DNA of 20,203 nucleotides from a virus: UHGV virus genome UHGV-1356910; one strand, 5' to 3'. Shown piece by piece: positions 1 to 8,286 of this stretch (position 1 is its first letter; each line of letters starts with the position of its first letter). The notes under the pieces were generated by a model. It saw only the letters and a program-made list of their open reading frames with translations, ran no database searches and was not told where the DNA came from. The position numbers and the translations under genes were made by a program.

Positions 1-1
1 T

Positions 2-244
2 ACGTCAGAATGGTTTTGTTGCCATCAGTTCGTAATATCCGGCGCTCCATGTGTCGACGGTGGGTTGTTGTACAAAGTGACGTTTACGCAAATCGACAAC
101 GAAGATAACGCATTCACTGTGATTTACACGTCGCCAGCGATGGCGCAGAAGTGGGTGGATCTGCACAGGCTATGTGGTTTTCGTGTTGAGTGGGGGTGCT
201 ATGAGATGCGATGCAGATGGCATCATCGGGGGGATGAAAAATGA
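2..244 (+). CDS. Hypothetical early protein, 5' end outside the window
   Basis: Reading frame is open from the window edge to a TGA at 242-244 that overlaps the ATG of the next gene (ATGA coupling). Cys-rich product; no homolog recognised. Confidence 0.35.
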   Translation, partial: TSEWFCCHQFVISGAPCVDGGLLYKVTFTQIDNEDNAFTVIYTSPAMAQKWVDLHRLCGFRVEWGCYEMRCRWHHRGDEK

Positions 245-618
245 GCACTACGCTTGAGCAATGGCTGGAACAGCAGCACGGCAAAATTGATGTTGATTGC
301 GGCTGTGTGAGCACTGAAACGCTTATGCACTGGATGCGTGTGGCGTATGAGGCTGGCAACTCTCCGGTAACTCCGGAGAGTTGGATAAGCTGTAGTGAGC
401 GAATGCCAGAAATGGGAGAGCGACAATGCTATGTGTTAGCTGCTGACTTTAAAAACAACTACCCACCAAACATCCCCAACACTCAGGTCGGCGTATATGG
501 CGACTGGTTTAATGATGGCAAGCCCACTTGGGATGACGGTGATGGCGAAGACCTGTATCTCAAGGAGGTAACCCACTGGATGCCGCTGCCAGAACCGCCG
601 CAGGAGGTGAATCAATGA
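241..618 (+). CDS. DUF551-like prophage protein
   Basis: 125-aa ORF with a G-rich Shine-Dalgarno before ATG 241. C-terminal VTHWMPLPEPP-type motif recalled as typical of DUF551 proteins found near xis-int in enterobacterial prophages. Confidence 0.75.
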   Translation: MSTTLEQWLEQQHGKIDVDCGCVSTETLMHWMRVAYEAGNSPVTPESWISCSERMPEMGERQCYVLAADFKNNYPPNIPNTQVGVYGDWFNDGKPTWDDGDGEDLYLKEVTHWMPLPEPPQEVNQ

Positions 619-698
619 GCTGGCCTGATGCAATCGTAACTCTGGGGGTGGTATTCGCAGCAGCGTTTGTTGTGTTCTCGATTTGTCGATGGGGATAA
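615..698 (+). CDS. Small hydrophobic peptide (27 aa, MSWPDAIVTLGVVFAAAFVVFSICRWG)
   Basis: ATG 615 overlaps the upstream stop (ATGA) and follows a strong AGGAGGT Shine-Dalgarno at 603-609 with 5-nt spacing. Product is a single predicted transmembrane helix. Below the ORF-track length cutoff. Confidence 0.45.
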   Translation: MSWPDAIVTLGVVFAAAFVVFSICRWG

Positions 699-702
699 CC
701 AC

Positions 703-945
703 ATGTTCGCTTTGATTCAACGCGGGCAGATATACACCGATAGTGCTGGCTACCCGATAAAAATTGTTCGCTGCATAAACAACACTGTGTTGTACAGAAG
801 AATGGATGGGCGAACACAGTCGGTAAAAATAAACGATTTTAATGAACTGTTTGAACGGATCGATCACCAGGAATACCGACAAATTCTGGCAGAAACAGAG
901 CAGGAAGCTCATCTGAAAAAATTACGAGCCATGAAAAGGAAGTAA
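703..945 (+). CDS. Hypothetical prophage protein (80 aa)
   Basis: ATG at 703 preceded by GGGGA; the ORF-track start at 667 is less likely. Packed within the operon. Confidence 0.6.
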   Translation: MFALIQRGQIYTDSAGYPIKIVRCINNTVLYRRMDGRTQSVKINDFNELFERIDHQEYRQILAETEQEAHLKKLRAMKRK

Positions 946-948
946 AGA

Positions 949-1095
949 ATGAATAAAGCATTTGAACGATGGATCCACCAGCGTTACGGCAATCGCTATG
1001 ACCTGACACGAGATGTTGACGGTTTCTACTGTCGTGAAATTGTGAAACGAATGTTTGATGTGTGGTGCCACTGCCGTGGGCTGAGTGTTGTGTGA
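949..1095 (+). CDS. Hypothetical small protein (48 aa)
   Basis: ATG 949 preceded by AAGGAAG, 3 nt after the upstream stop. Cys/His-containing product. Confidence 0.5.
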   Translation: MNKAFERWIHQRYGNRYDLTRDVDGFYCREIVKRMFDVWCHCRGLSVV

Positions 1096-1103
1096 GGTAA
1101 AGC

Positions 1104-1340
1104 ATGGGCAATGTGATTCAACTGGCTCCCAATGAATGGGTTTGTGAAAGCGTACTAATCGCAATTACCGGGCTCAAACCAGGCACAATTCTTCGGGCCC
1201 GGAAAGAATGCTGGATGGTTGGAAGAGAGTATATTCACGTATCACCAGACGGTAATCCAAAGCCTTCCAGTGAATGTATGTATAACAGAAAAGCAATAGA
1301 TGCCTGGGTCGCCTCAATGAAAAACAAACAACCCAGGTGA
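1104..1340 (+). CDS. xis: Excisionase-like protein (DUF1233-type putative Xis)
   Basis: 78-aa ORF immediately upstream of int with a GAGG Shine-Dalgarno. The motif GLKPGTILRARKECWMVGREY resembles enterobacterial prophage excisionase-like proteins, recalled from memory. Confidence 0.7.
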   Translation: MGNVIQLAPNEWVCESVLIAITGLKPGTILRARKECWMVGREYIHVSPDGNPKPSSECMYNRKAIDAWVASMKNKQPR

Positions 1341-1395
1341 TTTAATATCATGAAATATGTAAGCTCGTATCGCTCTTGGGCGTCTGGAGGTATCG

Positions 1396-2709
1396 ATGGA
1401 TAAAGTCAAATATCCAACAGGCGTCGAAAACCACGGCGGCACATTACGCATCTGGTTTAATTTTAAAGGTAAACGTGTCAGGGAAAATCTTGGTGTCCCT
1501 GACACTGCCAAGAACAGGAAGATCGCCGGGGAACTGCGGACATCGGTATGTTTTGCCATCCGCACAGGAAGCTTTGATTATGCTGCACAGTTCCCTGACT
1601 CCCCCAACCTTCAGGCTTTTGGGGTAAGTAAAAAAGAAATTACGGTGAAGGAACTTGAAGAAAAGTGGCTGGATCTGAAACGAATGGAAATCTCTGCAAA
1701 TGCATTCAATCGCTATGAATCCGTTGCAAGAACGATGGTTCCGAAAATTGGAGGCAGCAGACTGGTGTCATCGGTAACTAAAGAGGAATTGCTGTATATC
1801 AGGAAAGATTTGCTGACCGGGTATCAGCATTCAACGAAAAACAAAGCAGCAGCAAAAGGACGGAGCGTCGTTACTGTAAATTATTACATGACGACAATCG
1901 CTGGAATGTTTCAGTTTGCTGCAGATCACGGTTACTTAGAAGCAAATCCCTTCCAGGGAATTAAGCCTCTTAAAAGAGCCAAGTCAGAGCCAGATCCGCT
2001 AACTCGTGACGAATTTATTCGCCTGATAGATGCTTGCCGACATCAGCAGACGAAAAACCTGTGGTCATTGGCTGTGTACACAGGAATGCGTCACGGTGAA
2101 CTGGTCTCCCTGGCCTGGGAAGATATCGATCTGAAAGCAGGAACTATTACTATCAGGCGCAATTATACGAAACTCGGTGAGTTCACTCTACCTAAAACTG
2201 AAGCAAGTACAAACAGGGTTGTGCATCTTATCCAGCCCGCTATCAGTGTCCTGAAAAATCAGGCTGAAATGACAAGACTGGGTAAGCAGCACCACATCAA
2301 GGTTCAACTACGTGAATATGGGCGTTCAGTGAATCATGAATGTACTTTCGTATTTAACCCCCAGGAGGTTAGAAAAAGCAAACAGGTCGGTTTTATCTAC
2401 AAGGTAGATTCTATTGGCGACTCATGGGAAACAGCCATTAAGCGTGCGGGCATCAGGCACCGGAAAGCATACCAGTCACGACACACTTATGCGTGCTGGT
2501 CATTATCTGCCGGAGCAAACCCAAGCTTCATTGCCAGCCAGATGGGCCATGCAAGTGCCCAGATGGTGTTCAATGTATACGGAGCATGGATGACTGACAG
2601 TAATGCAGAACAGATCGCAATGCTGAATCAGAAGCTGGCAGATTATGTCCCAATGATGTCCCATGGTCACCAAAGTGACACAAGAGACTTATTAAAATCA
2701 GTAGGTTAG
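1396..2709 (+). CDS. int: Tyrosine recombinase / phage integrase
   Basis: 437-aa ORF with a GGAGG Shine-Dalgarno. C-terminal catalytic region includes HxxR-like context (SRHTYACW) and the ending ...QMVFNVYGAWM, plus the LAWEDIDLKAGTITIRRNYTKLGEF segment typical of the e14/Rac-like integrase family. Confidence 0.92.
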   Translation: MDKVKYPTGVENHGGTLRIWFNFKGKRVRENLGVPDTAKNRKIAGELRTSVCFAIRTGSFDYAAQFPDSPNLQAFGVSKKEITVKELEEKWLDLKRMEISANAFNRYESVARTMVPKIGGSRLVSSVTKEELLYIRKDLLTGYQHSTKNKAAAKGRSVVTVNYYMTTIAGMFQFAADHGYLEANPFQGIKPLKRAKSEPDPLTRDEFIRLIDACRHQQTKNLWSLAVYTGMRHGELVSLAWEDIDLKAGTITIRRNYTKLGEFTLPKTEASTNRVVHLIQPAISVLKNQAEMTRLGKQHHIKVQLREYGRSVNHECTFVFNPQEVRKSKQVGFIYKVDSIGDSWETAIKRAGIRHRKAYQSRHTYACWSLSAGANPSFIASQMGHASAQMVFNVYGAWMTDSNAEQIAMLNQKLADYVPMMSHGHQSDTRDLLKSVG

Positions 2710-2865
2710 CCTTCAATACCCGTCATGTTAACTGTGTGATACGGAATTTTTAAAAATCACTAAAGAACGCCCAAGAGCATGTGTTTTCTTTAGAAGAATC
2801 AAAGCGTTGTATTTCCATGTCATATAAAAATCGGCAAAGTTCATATGTAACAAAGTGTCCCAATC

Positions 2866-2914
2866 ATGCCCCAAAATGCCCCACAACAAATATTTTTGCC
2901 CCATGCATGCCCCA
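2866..2914. promoter_or_regulatory. Four phased (A/T)TGCCCCA direct repeats; putative integrase arm-type binding sites in the att region
   Basis: Copies begin at 2866, 2876, 2896 and 2907, giving spacings of 10, 20 and 11 bp (helical phasing), directly downstream of int in non-coding DNA. Confidence 0.4.
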
Positions 2915-2939
2915 AAAAATCACTTTCCTTCACCCTTGA

Positions 2940-2987
2940 CACTGTTTATCCATACAGTTAAAAATAATACTGTATACAAACACAGTA
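2940..2987 (+). promoter_or_regulatory. Two tandem LexA (SOS) boxes upstream of dinI
   Basis: CTGT-N8-ACAG at 2942-2957 (cACTGTttatccatACAGtt) and 2970-2985 (TACTGTATACAAACACAGTA), 15-60 bp upstream of ATG 3001. Matches the TACTGT(AT)4ACAGTA consensus. Confidence 0.75.
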
Positions 2988-3000
2988 TAGAGGGACTTTT

Positions 3001-3249
3001 ATGCGTATTGAAATCTGCATAGCCAAAGAAAAAATGACTAAAATGCCAACCGGTGCTGTGGATGCGTTAAAGCAAGAATTAACCCGACGCATCAGTAAAC
3101 GTTATGACGATGTAGAGGTGATCGTAAAAGCCACCAGCAACGATGACCTTTCTGTTACGCGCACCACCGATAAAGATTCAGCTAAAACTTTTGTTCAGGA
3201 AACTCTGAAAGATACCTGGGAGTCTGCTGACGAGTGGTTTGTTCACTAA
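3001..3249 (+). CDS. dinI: DinI-family protein (SOS-induced RecA modulator)
   Basis: 82-aa product aligns by eye along its length with E. coli DinI (MRIE..IAK...DAL..EL.RRI...NLSV...QET.WESAD.WFV). GAGGGA Shine-Dalgarno; LexA boxes upstream. Confidence 0.88.
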   Translation: MRIEICIAKEKMTKMPTGAVDALKQELTRRISKRYDDVEVIVKATSNDDLSVTRTTDKDSAKTFVQETLKDTWESADEWFVH

Positions 3250-3312
3250 TTAGCACGTAAAATCAGTAACGGCTGGAAATCATTCAATACTCGCACTATC
3301 GGAAGTTCACCA

Positions 3313-3350
3313 GCCAACCGCAGCACGTTCTTGCATACGACGTGCCTGCG
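3313..3350. repeat. Hairpin-containing direct repeat, copy 1 (CCAACCGCAGCACGTTCTTGC..GACGTGCcTGCGG)
   Basis: About 38 bp with an 11-bp inverted repeat (CCGCAGCACGT / ACGTGCTGCGG, one bulge in this copy). The second copy lies at 9451-9488 in the same orientation. Confidence 0.6.
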
Positions 3351-3477
3351 GTTTCAACTCCCGCCAGCCCACCAATCATGATTGGACGGTGCAAGGACAA
3401 CACCAACAAAAACAGGAAGTTAGAAGTCTCAGCAAGACACCGACCAGACGGTGAGGAGACATAAAAGGATACGCAAA

Positions 3478-3527
3478 GGAGCCGCGGCTCCTGGTGATAT
3501 GAAAGCCCACAGATGTGGGCTTTTTTC
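3478..3527 (+). terminator. Perfect 14-bp palindrome GGAGCCGCGGCTCC followed by a rho-independent terminator
   Basis: Palindrome at 3478-3491; GC stem GCCCAC/GTGGGC at 3505-3520 followed by TTTTTT at 3521-3526. Confidence 0.6.
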
Positions 3528-4063
3528 GTTTCATCTGCATAAATGGCTATACATCAGCCGCCACACACGGAGCAACAGCTTTTATTGCTTTCACAGTTTC
3601 TCTATACCTTACCTAGCATATATATCTTTATGTCATAACTAAAAGTTAGGTAACTCATTAATTTAGGTAGTACCGAAAATGGGAACGCCCCTACGATCTT
3701 CGCATTACGAATTATAAGAATCCGCTTCTAATTCAAAGTATTATCCCATCAACACTGCGCTCACACGTCCCACCACATCAAAACATGTAAAGCCTTGCAA
3801 GCCATTGTGAGGCCTTATGTGTCTCAGTTTTGTCCCACTACGACCTGCACAGAAAATAAGAAAATAGCGGTGATATCAAACAGTACAGAAGTCTTTTTTC
3901 TTTCAAATGGAGAAACTGATTAACCCGTTTAATTGTACTCCTCATGGGTAATGTTAAGGCACAGGAACAAAATCACTATTATGAATTTAATTTCACTATA
4001 GTAAATTTGATAACTCGTTTTGTATCTCAAGACACAAGCAACGACCACTTTAAGGGAGATAAC

Positions 4064-4501
4064 ATGTTAAAAATCAGAATGTCGCGACCATCTGAGGCAC
4101 AAGAAATTATCCAAATTTGGAAAAATTCCGTTGATGCCACACACGATTTTCTTACAGCCCATGACCGGCAGGAGATTGAAAAAGAAGTTGTCAGCTTTTT
4201 TTCAGAAACCCCTGTGCTGGTAGCAACAAACCAGGAAGATCAGCCACTAGGATTCATGTTTTTGCATGAGGGACATTTAGAGGCTCTTTTTGTTGATGCG
4301 TCAGCTCGCGGACTTGGCGTCGGGAAACATCTGATCTCACATGCGCTGGCTCTACATCCTGATCTAAGCGTCGATGTAAATGAACAAAATCATCAAGCTG
4401 TAGGTTTTTATCAACATATGGGCTTTAAACTTTCAGGACGTTCCGAGCGGGACAATCAAAGCAGACCCTACCCTCTATTACATCTTTATAAGGCAATGTA
4501 A
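4064..4501 (+). CDS. GNAT-family N-acetyltransferase
   Basis: ATG 4064 preceded by AGGGAG; the ORF-track start at 3944 is an upstream extension. Product has the acetyl-CoA-binding motif RGLGVGK and GNAT-like length and organisation. Confidence 0.8.
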   Translation: MLKIRMSRPSEAQEIIQIWKNSVDATHDFLTAHDRQEIEKEVVSFFSETPVLVATNQEDQPLGFMFLHEGHLEALFVDASARGLGVGKHLISHALALHPDLSVDVNEQNHQAVGFYQHMGFKLSGRSERDNQSRPYPLLHLYKAM

Positions 4502-4525
4502 CATGATTATTTCAGGAGAATTACA

Positions 4526-5110
4526 TCATGGATTTTTTTGACTGTAAGCAACAATGTAAGAACAACTCTGGCCGCTATCTGGGTTTCTCATTTGGTACTC
4601 GCTGGCAAAGGTAAGAGCAAGACAATCACCGGCTTGTAAATGATGAGTCTGATGATTGACTCGAAAATCAAGGCTGCCGTTTAACATCCACAGAGTTTGT
4701 CCGGAAAGATGCTCATTTGCAGAGGCAGGGATAGTCAATTGCCCCATAGGGGGGATTTCAACTTTTATTAGTTCCGGACATGCACCCGCTGGGGACAAAG
4801 ACCAGCGGGTAATGCCTGTTTCTTCATCAATCCAGTGTTGTTGCTGGTCAGCCAAAAGTACAAGTGAATTCTGTTGCATCTCAAGCTCTGCAAAAAGCTT
4901 TGATAGCGTAATATTCAGTGCATTAGCTAACCGACTAAGTATTGTTGCACTGGGGCTTGAAGTGCCTCGTTCAACTTTGCTGATCATCGCCTGACTGACA
5001 CCAGATCGTTGGGCAAGCTCTGTAACAGTCAAGTTTCGAGACTTTCTGAGCTTGAGTAACAAACGTGCAATATCGCTATCGACTATCTGATTTTTAGCTC
5101 TTTTATCCAT
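4526..5110 (-). CDS. XRE-family HTH transcriptional regulator with C-terminal cupin domain (PuuR-like architecture)
   Basis: N-terminal HTH (LTVTELAQRSGVSQAMISKVERG) and a C-terminal cupin-like region. Probable start is ATG 5110 after GAGGGGAGAAG; the ORF-track start at 5128 is GTG. Convergent with the GNAT gene across a 24-bp gap. Confidence 0.8.
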   Translation of the reverse strand: MDKRAKNQIVDSDIARLLLKLRKSRNLTVTELAQRSGVSQAMISKVERGTSSPSATILSRLANALNITLSKLFAELEMQQNSLVLLADQQQHWIDEETGITRWSLSPAGACPELIKVEIPPMGQLTIPASANEHLSGQTLWMLNGSLDFRVNHQTHHLQAGDCLALTFASEYQMRNPDSGQSCSYIVAYSQKNP

Positions 5111-5607
5111 TCTTCTCCCCTCTTTCACCGACCTGATTATGCCATTACATAAATTGCGATTAAATAAATGATTTTACACGTCTCAAATGCATTTTTTCTA
5201 TACGTTATAGCTTTAGAGTAAGAGCTGGTAACTTCAACTTCCGTATTTGGCACATAACAGTCCTAGATACAGTGACGCACAGTTTCTTTACAAAAACATA
5301 GCTACATAGAGGTTGATCATCGTGTCAAATGTACTGTAGAAATACCTACAATAATATTTTTTTGCTAATATGCGTATAAATGAATAACTATAGATAGATA
5401 AAAATATCAGCAAAAAGAAAATTTCCAGCATATTAAACCAAAACAATAATACAACACTTGGCAAGTTGACCATAAAGAATGAATAAAACGAAACAATAAT
5501 TCAAACTTAAACAAACTATAAACAGTTAAACAATATACAATTGACTCATGAAGTTAGATATAAAAAATACATATTCAATCATTAAAACGATTGAATGGAG
5601 ACCTTTT

Positions 5608-6561
5608 ATGCGGGCGAAACTTCTGGGAATAGTCCTGACAACCCCTATTGCGATCAGCTCTTTTGCTTCTACCGAGACTTTATCGTTTACTCCTGACAAC
5701 ATAAATGCGGACATTAGTCTTGGAACTCTGAGCGGAAAAACAAAAGAGCGTGTTTATCTAGCCGAAGAAGGAGGCCGAAAAGTCAGTCAACTCGACTGGA
5801 AATTCAATAATGCTGCAATTATTAAAGGTGCAATTAATTGGGATTTGATGCCCCAGATATCTATCGGGGCTGCTGGCTGGACAACTCTCGGCAGCCGAGG
5901 TGGCAATATGGTCGATCAGGACTGGATGGATTCCAGTAACCCCGGAACCTGGACGGATGAAAGTAGACACCCTGATACACAACTCAATTATGCCAACGAA
6001 TTTGATCTGAATATCAAAGGCTGGCTCCTCAACGAACCCAATTACCGCCTGGGACTCATGGCCGGATATCAGGAAAGCCGTTATAGCTTTACAGCCAGAG
6101 GTGGTTCCTATATCTACAGTTCTGAGGAGGGATTCAGAGATGATATCGGCTCCTTCCCGAATGGAGAAAGAGCAATCGGCTACAAACAACGTTTTAAAAT
6201 GCCCTACATTGGCTTGACTGGAAGTTATCGTTATGAAGATTTTGAGCTAGGTGGCACATTTAAATACAGCGGCTGGGTGGAAGCATCTGATAACGATGAG
6301 CACTATGACCCAGGAAAAAGAATCACTTATCGCAGTAAAGTCAAAGACCAAAATTACTATTCTGTTGCAGTCAATGCAGGTTATTACGTAACACCTAACG
6401 CAAAAGTTTATGTTGAAGGCGCATGGAATCGGGTTACGAATAAAAAAGGTAATACTTCACTTTATGATCACAATGATAACACTTCAGACTACAGCAAAAA
6501 TGGTGCAGGCATAGAAAACTATAACTTCATCACTACTGCTGGTCTTAAGTACACCTTTTAA
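5608..6561 (+). CDS. ompT: Outer membrane protease OmpT (omptin family)
   Basis: 317-aa product starting MRAKLLGIVLTTPIAISSFA with a GGAG Shine-Dalgarno, essentially identical along its length to E. coli OmpT as recalled. The ORF-track start at 5548 is an upstream extension. Very AT-rich upstream region. Confidence 0.95.
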   Translation: MRAKLLGIVLTTPIAISSFASTETLSFTPDNINADISLGTLSGKTKERVYLAEEGGRKVSQLDWKFNNAAIIKGAINWDLMPQISIGAAGWTTLGSRGGNMVDQDWMDSSNPGTWTDESRHPDTQLNYANEFDLNIKGWLLNEPNYRLGLMAGYQESRYSFTARGGSYIYSSEEGFRDDIGSFPNGERAIGYKQRFKMPYIGLTGSYRYEDFELGGTFKYSGWVEASDNDEHYDPGKRITYRSKVKDQNYYSVAVNAGYYVTPNAKVYVEGAWNRVTNKKGNTSLYDHNDNTSDYSKNGAGIENYNFITTAGLKYTF

Positions 6562-6580
6562 CGAAGTTAACCAGATTTTC

Positions 6581-6618
6581 TCCCCGGTGGTATTGTATAA
6601 CCCCGGGGAATTTGTTTA
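6581..6618 (+). terminator. Possible ompT terminator hairpin
   Basis: TCCCCGG (6581-6587) pairs with CCGGGGA (6603-6609) around a large loop, followed by a T-rich stretch. Weak. Confidence 0.35.
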
Positions 6619-6747
6619 CAGTTACAAGTAGACAATATCCACTAATTTTGTAAGCATTTAACCTATGTCATAACGTGTAATCTCTTACCGCAACACAAGA
6701 CCTCAATATATTCAAATTTTATCTTTATTCCGATATTCAGAGACACA

Positions 6748-8232
6748 ATGCGAAAAATAATTACTCATTTCAAAGTTGTTTTAACGTTACTTCTACCAGT
6801 AACCGTATCTGCCCAGCAGATACAGTGGCAATCCTGTATGGCCAGTCAATTCAACCACTGGTTTGGTGAGGAAAAACCGTCTCCTGACTTACTATGTGGT
6901 TATTTGTCTGTTCCATTAAAATATACAGACACAGGCGGAGATGCTTCTTATGAAAAAAAATCACAAGTCAAACTAGCGTTGACAAAATTGCCGGCAAAAA
7001 GCAAGCATAAAGGAAGTATCCTGATAATAAGTGGTGGTCCCGGGTTACCAGGCATAAATCCTTATATTAACTTTGACTGGCCAGTCACAAATCTTCGTGA
7101 GTCATGGGATATTATTGGATTTGATCCTCGAGGCGTCGGACAGACCACTCCGACAATAAACTGCCGGCAATCAGATACAGAGACTCAGGAAAACATAACC
7201 GAAAAGCAACAAGTATTAAATAAAATTAATGCCTGTATCCATAATACCGGAGCCGAAGTCATTCGCCATATCGGCTCTAACGAGGCTGTATACGATATTG
7301 ATCGTATTAGGCAAGCCTTGGGGGATAAACAACTGACAGCCGTGGCGTATTCGTATGGAACTCAAATTGCAGCCTTATATGCAGAACGTTTTCCCTACAA
7401 CGTAAGATCTATCGTTCTTGATGGAGTCGTCGATATCGATGACCTGGAGGACAACTTCACATGGCAACTCAAACAGGCACAGAGTTATCAGGAAACGTTT
7501 GATCGCTTTGCATCCTGGTGTGCGCGTACAAAAAGTTGCCCGCTTTCTTCAGACAGAGATAAGGCAATAACTCAGTTCCATGAGCTATTATCAAAATTAC
7601 ATCACAAACCTTTATTAGACAGTAAGGGAGAAAATATATCTTCAGATGAACTCATATCATTAACAACAGACCTTCTGCTATGGCGTTCATCATGGCCAAC
7701 CCTTGCAACTGCCATACGCCAGTTCTCTCAGGGGATTGTCAGTAATGAAATTGAAACTGCGCTCAGTGCTCCGATAGCCTCAGAAGAGTCAAGCGATGCT
7801 TCGGGGGTAATCCTTTGTGTAGATCAGGGGGATGAGCAATTAACACCAGAAGAGCGAAAATCCCGAAAAGACGCTCTTGCGAATGCCTTCCCGGCTATTA
7901 ACTTTGACAATGGACGTTCCGATTCACCTGATTTTTGTGAATTATGGCCAATACATAGCGACCTGAACAAAACTCGCCTGAAAAATACTGTTCTGCCCTC
8001 TGGTTTACTGTTTGTAGCACACAAATACGACCCAACAACGCCCTGGATTAATGCCCGTAAGATGGCAGAGAAATTTTCCAGCCCGTTACTAACAATAAAT
8101 GGTGATGGGCATACATTAGCTCTCACCGGAGTTAATTTATGTGTAGATAAAGCAGTTGTACATCACCTGATCACTCCACAAAAAATAGAAAATATATACT
8201 GCCCAGGAAATTCTGAAGCAGAAATACAATAA
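6748..8232 (+). CDS. Secreted alpha/beta-hydrolase, S33 (TAP/prolyl-aminopeptidase)-like peptidase
   Basis: 494 aa with an N-terminal signal peptide (MRKIITHFKVVLTLLLPVTVSAQ). Nucleophile-elbow-like AYSYGT and alpha/beta-hydrolase length. Gene is visibly more AT-rich than the tail module. Confidence 0.75.
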   Translation: MRKIITHFKVVLTLLLPVTVSAQQIQWQSCMASQFNHWFGEEKPSPDLLCGYLSVPLKYTDTGGDASYEKKSQVKLALTKLPAKSKHKGSILIISGGPGLPGINPYINFDWPVTNLRESWDIIGFDPRGVGQTTPTINCRQSDTETQENITEKQQVLNKINACIHNTGAEVIRHIGSNEAVYDIDRIRQALGDKQLTAVAYSYGTQIAALYAERFPYNVRSIVLDGVVDIDDLEDNFTWQLKQAQSYQETFDRFASWCARTKSCPLSSDRDKAITQFHELLSKLHHKPLLDSKGENISSDELISLTTDLLLWRSSWPTLATAIRQFSQGIVSNEIETALSAPIASEESSDASGVILCVDQGDEQLTPEERKSRKDALANAFPAINFDNGRSDSPDFCELWPIHSDLNKTRLKNTVLPSGLLFVAHKYDPTTPWINARKMAEKFSSPLLTINGDGHTLALTGVNLCVDKAVVHHLITPQKIENIYCPGNSEAEIQ

Positions 8233-8254
8233 CTTCAAAATATTCCGCTATTTG

Positions 8255-8286
8255 CTCCCAATGCAAAACATATATTGCATTGGGAG
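8255..8286 (+). terminator. Perfect 12-bp-stem hairpin downstream of the hydrolase gene
   Basis: CTCCCAATGCAA (8255-8266) and TTGCATTGGGAG (8275-8286) around an 8-nt loop, followed by T-rich sequence. Confidence 0.45.

Larger units (their letters stand above)
1..2940. mobile_element. Integration/early-left module of a lambdoid phage or prophage (small early genes, xis, int, att-like region)
   Basis: Co-oriented, tightly packed or overlapping + strand genes ending in an excisionase-like gene and a tyrosine integrase, followed by a non-coding AT-rich region with phased short repeats. Only one end is visible in the window. Confidence 0.7.

Noticed and set aside
114-1627. - strand ORFs (114..359, 223..426, 436..912, 560..817, 839..1111, 922..1164, 1314..1565) and + strand 1376..1627 overlapping the early operon and int
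   Set aside because: They are antisense to or out of frame with a tightly coupled + strand operon whose genes have good ribosome-binding sites.
3340-3366. tRNA 3'-end-like sequence (GGTTTCAACTCC...CCCACCA) that might mark a tRNA-derived att core
   Set aside because: The putative T-arm does not form a proper 5-bp stem and no matching tRNA body is present upstream. It is more likely part of the hairpin-repeat region.
3451-3642. 63-aa + strand ORF
   Set aside because: It spans the palindrome and the rho-independent terminator and has no ribosome-binding site. The region is more likely non-coding or sRNA.
4064-4501. GNAT gene as the toxin of a GNAT/RHH toxin-antitoxin pair
   Set aside because: There is no small upstream antitoxin ORF; the gene has its own promoter region and is convergent with a full-length regulator.
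5288-5714. - strand ORFs 5288..5473 and 5526..5714 in the ompT upstream region
   Set aside because: Extremely AT-rich promoter region; low-complexity Ile/Phe/Leu-rich products; the second overlaps the ompT start.
4656-8126. ORFs antisense to the regulator (4656..4994), ompT (5758..6189) and the hydrolase (7824..8126)
   Set aside because: Embedded in the opposite strand of confidently identified genes.
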